DNA from: Candidatus Iainarchaeum sp.
GTDB taxonomy: Archaea; Iainarchaeota; Iainarchaeia; Iainarchaeales; CSSED10-239
Assembly: GCA_028700115.1 (NCBI GenBank)
Contig: JAQVTI010000001.1
Span: forward strand, 90,001 to 122,000
DNA: 32,000 nt
Direction: 5' to 3'
Position numbers and translations under genes: made by a program. Shown piece after piece: positions 20,100 through 27,814 of the stretch (positions are counted from its first letter, which is position 1; each line of letters starts with the position of its first letter). The notes under the pieces were generated by a model. That model was not told the origin of the DNA, did no database searches, and saw nothing but the letters and a program-made list of their open reading frames with translations.

Positions 20100-20385
20100 A
20101 ATACTCCTCACAATAAAATTTATTTAAATTATTATAATTTAATGAATTATCTTCTGTTGAATAAAAAACATATCTTAAACACCAATAATCATTATCAATA
20201 TCCCCAACAGGAATATTTGGAGTTTTACTTAAAAGTTTAGAAGAATAAACCACATCTATATTATTTTGAGAATCTTGTGAAAATGAAAAATATATAGTAG
20301 TAGTTAATACTGCAGCAAATATTATAAAAATAATTACATAATATAAAGTTGTTAAACTAAAAATAAAACCATTTTTATTATTCAT
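20077..20385 (-). CDS. Type IV pilin-like protein C (class III signal peptide), unknown family
   Basis: MNNKNG followed by FIFSLTTLYYVIIFIIFAAVL, then a short Y/N/D-rich domain with 2 Cys. Overlaps both neighbouring genes. Confidence 0.55.
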   Translation of the reverse strand: MNNKNGFIFSLTTLYYVIIFIIFAAVLTTTIYFSFSQDSQNNIDVVYSSKLLSKTPNIPVGDIDNDYWCLRYVFYSTEDNSLNYNNLNKFYCEEYYESKRFI

Positions 20386-20896
20386 TATACCACACTTTTA
20401 AATGTGCAATAGATATATTTAAATCACAATTTGAACTTCCTTCTATACAAGAAAGATATTTTTCTTTAGAAATATATTTAAAATCACTAATAATCACATT
20501 AAAATCAATTTCATAAACATTATCTATATTTGATTGTAATATATCATTACAAGAATTATTTAAAATATTAAATGAATCTATACTAAAATTACATTTATAA
20601 TTATCTAAAAGACCTAAAGAATTTTTATTAATATTTGAATCTGTATAAAAACAATTTCTAAAAACAAAACTATTATCTGAATTACTAATAAAACAATTTA
20701 TTTTAGAATTTTGAGAGATATTATTAAAAGCAATTTGAGATATTGAAGATAATTCTTTTTCTTTAAGAGTAGATTGAGTATTATATATTTTTAAATCAAC
20801 AAATCTATTTAAAAGAAAAAACATAATAGTAAGTAAAACTATTGCAATAACAATATCTAAAACCATCATTTGTGCTTTTTCTTTTTTTATAAACAT
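20378..20896 (-). CDS. Type IV pilin-like protein B (class III signal peptide), unknown family
   Basis: MFIKKEKA followed by QMMVLDIVIAIVLLTIMFFLL, then an N/S-rich domain with 6 Cys and several N-x-S/T sequons. Confidence 0.6.
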   Translation of the reverse strand: MFIKKEKAQMMVLDIVIAIVLLTIMFFLLNRFVDLKIYNTQSTLKEKELSSISQIAFNNISQNSKINCFISNSDNSFVFRNCFYTDSNINKNSLGLLDNYKCNFSIDSFNILNNSCNDILQSNIDNVYEIDFNVIISDFKYISKEKYLSCIEGSSNCDLNISIAHLKVWYNE

Positions 20897-20933
20897 ATTT
20901 TAATCCATTTTATATTTATATTAAGATATTTAA

Positions 20934-21395
20934 TTAACTACAAATAACCTTATATGTAGATAAATTATAACTGCATTTAAGCTCGTCTCCACAAAATGTA
21001 TTTACATCTGTAGAAAACATATTAAATTTAGTTGGGAGAGTATATTCTATATATTTTTTACCTTTATAATCTGTAAAAATATATATAGAATCATTAGAAA
21101 TATTTATATTACAATTTGCTTTAAAACTAAGAGTTCTTATATTTGGTATTTTTAAAATAGAATTATAGTTATTTAAATTAAAATTTGAATCATAATTATT
21201 TATAGATTCAGTATATGCAAGATATTCATTTATTAAGAGAGCAATTTCTTTTTGATCTGAAATAATTTTGTTAACTTCTAAAGTATAAACATTATCTTTT
21301 GATAGATTATCATATATAAATATAAATAATATAACAAATACAATGATAAATAAAACCTCAATAGAAAATTGAGCTTTTTTATTTTTTAAAAACAT
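20934..21395 (-). CDS. Type IV pilin-like protein A (class III signal peptide with QxSxE motif), unknown family
   Basis: MFLKNKKA followed by QFSIEVLFIIVFVILFIFIY. The K-A/Q junction, Glu at +5 and QFSIE resemble the archaeal DUF361-type pilin N-terminus. 4 Cys in the mature part. Confidence 0.65.
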   Translation of the reverse strand: MFLKNKKAQFSIEVLFIIVFVILFIFIYDNLSKDNVYTLEVNKIISDQKEIALLINEYLAYTESINNYDSNFNLNNYNSILKIPNIRTLSFKANCNINISNDSIYIFTDYKGKKYIEYTLPTKFNMFSTDVNTFCGDELKCSYNLSTYKVICS

Positions 21396-21517
21396 ATATT
21401 ATTTTCCTTTAATATATAATAAATTAATATTATATAATATATATAAAACATTTATAAATAATAGTTTTTAAATAAAAAAAAGAAAATTAAAAAAATATAA
21501 TAAAAAAAATATAAAAT

Positions 21518-21784
21518 TTAAATTAGTGTTGATGCTTCAACCTCAATTTGATTAACTCCATTAATTCCTTCTAATATATTTTCAAGCTTATCTAAAAGCC
21601 CTTCTACTTTTTCAGGATAAATTACATTTACTTTTAATAATTTTAAACCAAAAGCAATAGGTTCTTCTTTAATACCATATATTTTGTATGGTTCTCCAAT
21701 TCCTTTTTCTAAAAATTCTTTAATTGAATCAAAATATTCCATATCTTCTGGATAGATTCTATAAACTGTCATTATATCTCCCAT
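21518..21784 (-). CDS. ef1b: Elongation factor 1-beta (aEF-1beta)
   Basis: 88 aa. MGDIMTVYRIYPED, EEPIAFGLKLLKV and GVNQIEVE match the archaeal EF-1beta pattern. AAGGAG lies 7 nt upstream. Confidence 0.85.
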   Translation of the reverse strand: MGDIMTVYRIYPEDMEYFDSIKEFLEKGIGEPYKIYGIKEEPIAFGLKLLKVNVIYPEKVEGLLDKLENILEGINGVNQIEVEASTLI

Positions 21785-21836
21785 ATCTATTCTCCTTATA
21801 AATTATAGAGAATCAATTTATTTAAATAAAAAGATC

Positions 21837-21992
21837 CTATGGTCCTATAAATCCACATGCAGGGCAAACATATTCTTTAGATATAGATTTACATCTATTA
21901 CATCTAACAATTGTTGCTTTACCACAATTTGGACATTTAAATTTTGTAAAATCTTGATCTAATTCAACATTACAACTAGTACATTTTTCCAT
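21837..21992 (-). CDS. Small Zn-ribbon protein (4 CxxC pairs), of the type commonly found upstream of aEF-1beta in archaea
   Basis: Not in the ORF track (51 aa). Hand translation: MEKCTSCNVELDQDFTKFKCPNCGKATIVRCNRCKSISKEYVCPACGFIGP. GAGGTG (22000-22005) lies 7 nt upstream of the ATG. Confidence 0.7.
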   Translation of the reverse strand: MEKCTSCNVELDQDFTKFKCPNCGKATIVRCNRCKSISKEYVCPACGFIGP

Positions 21993-22168
21993 AATTTAAC
22001 ACCTCATAAAATATAATTTTTCTAAAATTTTAAAAAACATATAATTTTTAAAAAATAAAGTTTATTACTAAAACTAATAAACTATATAAATATATAGAAA
22101 TATATTATATATATAATATAGAAACAATTTATTTATAAATATAAACTATTTATAAAAATTAAAAAAAA

Positions 22169-22241
22169 GGGTCTGTAGCATAGCGGATAGTGCAATTGGC
22201 TTCGGACCAATAGGTCGTGGGTTCGAATCCCACCAGATCCT
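22169..22241 (+). tRNA. tRNA-Arg (anticodon TCG)
   Basis: Cloverleaf read by hand: acceptor GGGTCTG/CAGATCC, D arm GCAT-AGCGGATA-GTGC, anticodon arm ATTGG-CTTCGGA-CCAAT, variable loop AGGTC, T arm GTGGG-TTCGAAT-CCCAC, discriminator T. No encoded CCA and no intron. It is a GC-rich island in AT-rich DNA. Confidence 0.9.
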
Positions 22242-22246
22242 TATTT

Positions 22247-22909
22247 TTAAATTTCTTTTTCTTCTAAAATATCAAATAAAATCATCTTTGTTTTAATATT
22301 TTTAGAAATTAATTCTTTTTTAAACATTTCAGGAGTTTTGTTAAGAAGTGGAAAAGTTCCAAAATGCATAGGAATTACAAAATCTGATTCTAAAAGAGTA
22401 CAAGCATATGCAGCTTCTCTAGGACCCATATTATAATATCCATCAATTGGAAGAATACTAATTTTAGGAGAATAAAGATCTTTAATAATTTTCATATCAT
22501 AAAAAACTCCAGTATCTCCTGCAAAATAAATAGATTCATCTCCAAAAGTAATTACAAACCCAATAGCTACACCTTTATTTGAAGAATGATCTGCTTTTAC
22601 AAATGTAAAAGAAATATCTTTATAAATAATTGTACCCCCAATGTTTCCTCCTAAAACACAAACAGCATATTTTGATAAAAATTCTGCTAAATCAAAAATA
22701 GTAATCACACTTGCACCACAAGATTTTGCAATATCTATAGTATCTCCTAAATGGTCTTTATGATCATGGGTAACTAATATAACGTCTGGTTTTATTTCCA
22801 AAGGATTAATAGAAATATTTGGATTATTTGATATAAAAGGATCTGTTAAAATTTTAACTCCATTAATAGTTATTAAAAAACAAGAATGCCCTAAAAATTT
22901 TAATTTCAT
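22247..22909 (-). CDS. UPF0173-type metallo-beta-lactamase-fold hydrolase
   Basis: MKLKFLGHSCFLI and VTHDHKDHLGD. 220 aa. The start overlaps the upstream gene's stop (ATGA). Confidence 0.8.
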   Translation of the reverse strand: MKLKFLGHSCFLITINGVKILTDPFISNNPNISINPLEIKPDVILVTHDHKDHLGDTIDIAKSCGASVITIFDLAEFLSKYAVCVLGGNIGGTIIYKDISFTFVKADHSSNKGVAIGFVITFGDESIYFAGDTGVFYDMKIIKDLYSPKISILPIDGYYNMGPREAAYACTLLESDFVIPMHFGTFPLLNKTPEMFKKELISKNIKTKMILFDILEEKEI

Positions 22910-23775
22910 AAATTTACCTCTTCGTCAATTTTAACTGTTTTATTTTTTAAATTATTTAATAAATTATAAGGTCCAAAAATATACATTTTTCCAAAACTAT
23001 ATTTTAATAAAAATTCATTTAAATAAATTTTAAATCTTACTTGTAAAGCAATATCAAAATTATCTAAAAGTAATTTTTCAAGAGAAAGAATATCTTTTGT
23101 TTGAAGAATATATACATTGTCTGATTTTTTTGTAAACTTTTTAAAAGAATTAAAAAGATTTTCTGTTTCTGGATAATTTTTATAGATTTCTAAGTTTATT
23201 TCAGAAACATTATTTTTTATACAAAAAGATTTTATATTTTTAAAAGAACCTTTATCAAAATTAATTATCAAAAAATCTTCAAAATCAAGATCTTGTAAAA
23301 TACTAATTTGAGATTTTAAAACTTCTAAAATATGATTATAATGAGAAACACTATTTTCAAGTTCTTTTCTTAAAAAATCAAGATCTGAAATATAAAAAGT
23401 AGAACCCGTTTTTCCAATTTTTAAAAGAGAAAAATCAGATTTACTTCTTTCAATAAATATTTGAAGATTTTTAACAATATTATCAACAAATTCTAAACTA
23501 TTTGTATTTCTAGATTTATTTAAAAGATCATTTATACTTATTAAAATTTTATTTTTAAATTTAGATTCAACAGTATTTTTACCTTTATCAGTAAGTAAAT
23601 AAAAATCATCCTTTTTAATTAATTGACCAAAAGTAATCAAATTTTTTAAAGATCTTGAAAGAGCTGCTTTTGCAGATGCTACATTTGAATAATTTGGAAT
23701 AATTTTAGTTAGTAAATCATTATAGGTTGTTTTTTTTTGATTTACTTGTAAAAGAACAGAATCTGACAAAGACAT
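22906..23775 (-). CDS. Hypothetical protein, possible N-terminal winged-helix domain plus an unknown roughly 200-aa C-terminal region
   Basis: The N-terminal 70 aa (TYNDLLTKII...AALSRSLKNLITFGQLIKKDDFYLLTDKGK) look wHTH-like. No motif recognised in the rest. Translationally coupled to the downstream MBL hydrolase. Confidence 0.5.
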   Translation of the reverse strand: MSLSDSVLLQVNQKKTTYNDLLTKIIPNYSNVASAKAALSRSLKNLITFGQLIKKDDFYLLTDKGKNTVESKFKNKILISINDLLNKSRNTNSLEFVDNIVKNLQIFIERSKSDFSLLKIGKTGSTFYISDLDFLRKELENSVSHYNHILEVLKSQISILQDLDFEDFLIINFDKGSFKNIKSFCIKNNVSEINLEIYKNYPETENLFNSFKKFTKKSDNVYILQTKDILSLEKLLLDNFDIALQVRFKIYLNEFLLKYSFGKMYIFGPYNLLNNLKNKTVKIDEEVNL

Positions 23776-23982
23776 ATATAATCTAATTTTATTTTTTAAA
23801 TTTTTTTTAAAAATTTTATAACTATAATAATATTAAATAGAAAAATATATAATAGTTAACAAAAACAAATAAATCCAAAAAAATGTTTAAAAAAGACAAT
23901 ATTTCGAAAAAAACATTCATTTATAAACATTTTACATAAAAAAGTATATATAAAGCTTAAATTTTAAAAAAGAGGTGTTTTT

Positions 23983-24192
23983 ATGAGCGAATTACCAATT
24001 GCAGCAGTAGATAGGTTAATTAGAAAAGCAGGAGCAGAAAGAGTTTCTGAAGAAGCAGCAGAAGCATTAGGAAAAATTTTAAGTGATGTTGCAATAGATA
24101 TTTCCAGCCAAGCAATAGAACTTGCAAAACATGCAAAAAGAAAAACAGTTACTGCAGAAGATATACAACTTGCAACAAAAACAATGCAATAA
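23983..24192 (+). CDS. Archaeal histone (HMf-type histone fold)
   Basis: 69 aa. MSELPIAAVDRLIRKAGAERVSEEAAEALGKILSDVAIDISSQAIELAKHAKRKTVTAEDIQLATK is a canonical archaeal histone. GAGGTG lies 5 nt upstream of the ATG. Confidence 0.93.
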   Translation: MSELPIAAVDRLIRKAGAERVSEEAAEALGKILSDVAIDISSQAIELAKHAKRKTVTAEDIQLATKTMQ

Positions 24193-24216
24193 AAATAATT
24201 TACAACAAAATTAAAA

Positions 24217-25071
24217 ATGATTAAAATGAAAAAAGTTGATTTACATACACACACATATTTTTCAGATGGATTATTAAGCCCAAAACAATTAATTTCACTT
24301 GCTAATAATAAAAAAATTTCAGCAATATCAATTACAGACCATGATACAATAGATGGACTTTTAGAAGGAAAAAAAGAAGCAATTAAAAAAAACATTGAAT
24401 TTATAAATGGAGTTGAATTTTTTTCAATAGAAACAGAGATATTAGGATATTTATTTGATGAAAAAAATTCAGCACTTATTAATTTTCTAGAAAAACAAAT
24501 ATTACAAAAAGAAAAATACGCTATTAAAAAAATAGAACAATTAAATAATTTAAACATAGATATAGAAATTGAAGAAGTTTATGAGAAAATAAAGCCAGGA
24601 AGAGTAGTTACAACTACACATATAGCACAAATACTCTTAGAAAAAGGATATGTTAAAGAAATACAAGAGGCATTTAAAAAATATATAAATAAAGAAAAAG
24701 TTATACTTAAAGATCCACCAGAAAATGCAAAAAAAATAATAAAACTTATAAAAAATGCAGGAGGAGTTTCTGTTTTACCACATCCATGGTATTTAAAAGA
24801 TTTCCAAAAAGAAAATTTAGAATATTTTTTAATAAAATTAGAAAAATATGGATTAAATGGAATAGAAACTACAGGATATATCCCAAATGAAAATATTTTA
24901 TTTGAAGGTAAAAATTTAATTAAAAGAATTAAAGAAATATCAAGAGAATTAAAACTTGTAGAAACAGGGGGATCAGATTTTCATTCTGAAAAAATACATC
25001 CTCACAATATTTTAGGGAAATATAATATTTCTTATACAAAACTAAATGAACTTAAAAAAAAAATCAAATAA
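24217..25071 (+). CDS. PHP-domain metal-dependent phosphoesterase
   Basis: N-terminal VDLHTHTYFSDG, ITDHDT, later LPHPW and GGSDFHS, typical of the PHP family. Confidence 0.8.
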   Translation: MIKMKKVDLHTHTYFSDGLLSPKQLISLANNKKISAISITDHDTIDGLLEGKKEAIKKNIEFINGVEFFSIETEILGYLFDEKNSALINFLEKQILQKEKYAIKKIEQLNNLNIDIEIEEVYEKIKPGRVVTTTHIAQILLEKGYVKEIQEAFKKYINKEKVILKDPPENAKKIIKLIKNAGGVSVLPHPWYLKDFQKENLEYFLIKLEKYGLNGIETTGYIPNENILFEGKNLIKRIKEISRELKLVETGGSDFHSEKIHPHNILGKYNISYTKLNELKKKIK

Positions 25072-25633
25072 ATTTTTTAAGTTTATTTTTTGCTTCTTTA
25101 AAAACTTGTTTAATATTTAAATTATCTGTATTTATAATTATATCAAAACCTTTTTTAGAACCAATTTCTATATTGTATAATTTTTTATAATGCTTTTTAT
25201 TAAAATTATCTTTTTTATTAAGAAGCTCTTCTGCTTTTTTTAAAGAAATTTTATCTCTTAAAGCAAATCTTTTTATTCTAATTTTTTTAGATGTTTGAAG
25301 ATATATTTTAATTATATCAGTTCTATTTTTTATAAGATATGGTAAAGTCCATGAATCAAATATATAATTATTATCAGAATTAATTAAAGATAATAAAAAT
25401 TTATCTAAAAGAATATCAATATTTTTATTTTTAAAACGAATATCATCAAGATTAGAAAATTCATACCAACCATCATTTTTAGAAGTAGATTTTATAGATG
25501 GTTTTTTGTTTTCTGAAATTTGTTTTAAAACATTAGAAGTATAAACAATTTTATAATCTTTAAAAACCTTAGATAAATTTTCTATTAAAAAACTTTTACC
25601 AGAAGCAGAAAAACCCCAAACTAAAATTTTCAT
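25064..25633 (-). CDS. cmk: Archaeal-type cytidylate kinase-like P-loop kinase
   Basis: P-loop GFSASGKS at the N-terminus. The C-terminal half (IYLQTSKKIRIKRFALRDKISLKKAEELLNKKDNFNKKHYKKLYNIEIG...DIIINTD) parallels archaeal Cmk. Confidence 0.6.
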   Translation of the reverse strand: MKILVWGFSASGKSFLIENLSKVFKDYKIVYTSNVLKQISENKKPSIKSTSKNDGWYEFSNLDDIRFKNKNIDILLDKFLLSLINSDNNYIFDSWTLPYLIKNRTDIIKIYLQTSKKIRIKRFALRDKISLKKAEELLNKKDNFNKKHYKKLYNIEIGSKKGFDIIINTDNLNIKQVFKEAKNKLKKFI

Positions 25634-25675
25634 ATATTTTTCACTTTATTAAAATTTTTTAAATTTATAATCTTT

Positions 25676-25843
25676 TTAAATTTTTTTATCTTTATGAGCT
25701 TTTTTTAAATAATTTATTTTTTCAATTTCACTCATCTTAGACCATTTTTCTAATAATTGTATATCTCCTTTTTCAAATATAAGTTTATTTCTAAGAGTAA
25801 TTTGATTATTAATAGTTTTTTTATTTTTTCTAGAAACTGGCAT
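25676..25843 (-). CDS. Small basic hypothetical protein (55 aa)
   Basis: Not in the ORF track. Hand translation: MPVSRKNKKTINNQITLRNKLIFEKGDIQLLEKWSKMSEIEKINYLKKAHKDKKI. GTGATC SD-like motif at 25846-25851, ending 2 nt before the ATG, in the same register as other SDs here. No family recognised. Confidence 0.35.
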   Translation of the reverse strand: MPVSRKNKKTINNQITLRNKLIFEKGDIQLLEKWSKMSEIEKINYLKKAHKDKKI

Positions 25844-25861
25844 AAGATCACAGAAATTATT

Positions 25862-25962
25862 TTTTTATTTTTTTAAAGTTTTTATTTTTTTAAAGTTTTT
25901 ATTTTTTTAAAGTTTTTATTTTTTTAAAGTTTTTATTTTTTTAAAGTTTTTATTTTTTTAAA
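25862..25962. repeat. Perfect 17-bp tandem repeat, about 5.9 copies (unit AAAGTTTTTATTTTTTT on +)
   Basis: Full units start at 25875, 25892, 25909, 25926 and 25943 with no mismatch. There is a 13-nt partial unit at 25862-25874 and 3 nt at 25960-25962. Confidence 0.95.
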
Positions 25963-27669
25963 AGAATTATTTTTAAGCTTATCTTCAACATCTTTTCTTA
26001 AATAACTTAAATATGCAGATTTATAAAAAGACAAATTATCAGGACCTTCTTGAATTAGAACATTTATTCTTTCCAAAAGATAATTTGATTCTAAAACTTT
26101 AGGAATAATTACTAAATCTGAACCTTCTTCATAAAGTTTTAAAGCATGCTCATTTGTTTTTGCTCTAGTATATATTATTATATTAGGATTTATATTTTTT
26201 GCAATTTTTAAAAATCTCATAGTAATATCAAATCTTGGTAAAGTTAAAATTACTGCCTTGGCATTTTCTAAATCTAAAGATTTTATAATATCCATATTAT
26301 TTATATCCCCACAAATCGCATTTTGTTTATTTTTAATTAATGGAATTATTTTTTCAGGATCTTGATCAACTATAACTAAGGGAATATTTTCATCTCTTCC
26401 TAAAACTTTAATAACTGCTTCACCCACAACATCAGAACCTACAATAATTATATGATCTTTAATTTTTTTTGGGAGATGTTTTAAATATTCAATTTTTCTA
26501 GAAAAATGCTTTAATTTAAAATTTTTAAAAACAGGACTTAAAAAATTATAAATATTATCATTATATTTTGAAAAATATGGAGTTAAAACCATAGTTAATG
26601 CAGTTATAATTATTATTGCAGAATATTGAGAAGAAGTAATTTGATTTAAAATCCAACCTTGCATAGCTAAAATTAAGGAAAATTCAGACACTTGTGCTAA
26701 AATAACAGTTGTCTTTATAGAAATTCTAGAACCATACCCAGAAAATAATAATATGAAAAAATGAATTAGAGGCTTAATTATAAAAATAAATAAAAGTAAT
26801 GCAATTAATAATAAAGGAACCCCCTCCTTAAAACTAAAAGATAATTGCATTCCTAAAGATACAAAAAAAATCATAGAAAGTAAATCTCTAATACTTGATA
26901 TTTTATTTGTAATCTCTAAATTATATGGAAAAACAGATATAGCTAATCCACCTATAAAAGCACCAACTGCAATATCAAAATTTAAAAAATAAGAAATAAA
27001 AATAAACAAAAAACAACTACCTATTGCAAGTAAAAAAAAACTTTGAGAAGATTTAAATGCAGATTTTACAACTTTTGGATAAAAAAATTTATTTAATAAA
27101 AATGCAATAAATATTAAAATAGCAGTTTTTCCAAAAACATTTAAAAGTAAATTTATTGAAAATAAATTTAAATCTTTTAAAATTGGAATAGCAATTATTG
27201 CAATTAAATCTTCAACTAATAAAATTCCAATACTTAATTTACCATGTAAAGAACCCATTTCAAAATTTTCAATTAAAATCTTTGCAACAAGCATTGTAGA
27301 ACTAAATGAAAGAATAAAAGAAAAATATAAAGATTGAGTAAAAGTCATTTTCAAAAATGATTGAAAGCATATAAGTATTAAAAAAGTAAAAATAATATTA
27401 AAAAAAGGAAGTAAAAATACAGATAAATTTAATTTACTAATTTGTTTAAAATCAGTACTTATACCTACACTAAAAAGTAAAAATGCAATCCCAAGCTCAG
27501 ATAAAAGTAAAATTTCTGTAGTATTTGAAACCCAATTAAAAACTAAAGGACCAATTAAAATTCCAGTAACTATAAATGCTAAAAGCGGAGGTTGATTTAG
27601 TTTATTAAAAATATAAGTCATGATTGTTGAAACTATTATAATTATACTCAAAGTAATTAAAAAATCCAT
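25933..27669 (-). CDS. Kef-type monovalent cation:proton antiporter (CPA2) with C-terminal TrkA-N/RCK domain
   Basis: About 12 hydrophobic helices over 380 aa, followed by the Rossmann-like IIIVGSDVVGEAV...VIVDQD. The last 8 codons (KKIKTLKK) and the stop lie inside the 17-bp repeat. Confidence 0.85.
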   Translation of the reverse strand: MDFLITLSIIIIVSTIMTYIFNKLNQPPLLAFIVTGILIGPLVFNWVSNTTEILLLSELGIAFLLFSVGISTDFKQISKLNLSVFLLPFFNIIFTFLILICFQSFLKMTFTQSLYFSFILSFSSTMLVAKILIENFEMGSLHGKLSIGILLVEDLIAIIAIPILKDLNLFSINLLLNVFGKTAILIFIAFLLNKFFYPKVVKSAFKSSQSFFLLAIGSCFLFIFISYFLNFDIAVGAFIGGLAISVFPYNLEITNKISSIRDLLSMIFFVSLGMQLSFSFKEGVPLLLIALLLFIFIIKPLIHFFILLFSGYGSRISIKTTVILAQVSEFSLILAMQGWILNQITSSQYSAIIIITALTMVLTPYFSKYNDNIYNFLSPVFKNFKLKHFSRKIEYLKHLPKKIKDHIIIVGSDVVGEAVIKVLGRDENIPLVIVDQDPEKIIPLIKNKQNAICGDINNMDIIKSLDLENAKAVILTLPRFDITMRFLKIAKNINPNIIIYTRAKTNEHALKLYEEGSDLVIIPKVLESNYLLERINVLIQEGPDNLSFYKSAYLSYLRKDVEDKLKNNSFKKIKTLKK

Positions 27670-27814
27670 AAATAATCGTATTAAATTTAATAAATTTTAC
27701 AAAATTTTATATCTATAATAAATATAAAAACAATGCTTTATAAATATATTGTATATAAAAATTAAATAGATATTATTTTAAAAAATATAATCTTGGACAC
27801 TATAAGGTGAAAAA

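Noticed and set aside
23881-23932. 9-bp inverted repeat AAATGTTTA / TAAACATTT with a 34-nt spacer upstream of the histone gene
   Set aside because: The arms are short and all-A/T but one, the loop is long, and such pairs are expected by chance in this composition. There is no supporting second copy.
23964-24557. 197-aa minus-strand ORF covering the histone gene and the start of the PHP gene
   Set aside because: It is antisense to two well-supported genes. Its F/S/I/C-rich composition is what the reverse complement of K/E/A-rich coding sequence produces, so it is a shadow ORF. No start context or motif supports it.
25862-25962. The 17-bp repeat considered as a CRISPR array or as a terminator for the antiporter gene
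   Set aside because: The units are directly abutting with no spacers and are far shorter than CRISPR repeats. On the antiporter's transcript strand the units are A-rich (only UUU), so they do not form an oligo-U terminator.
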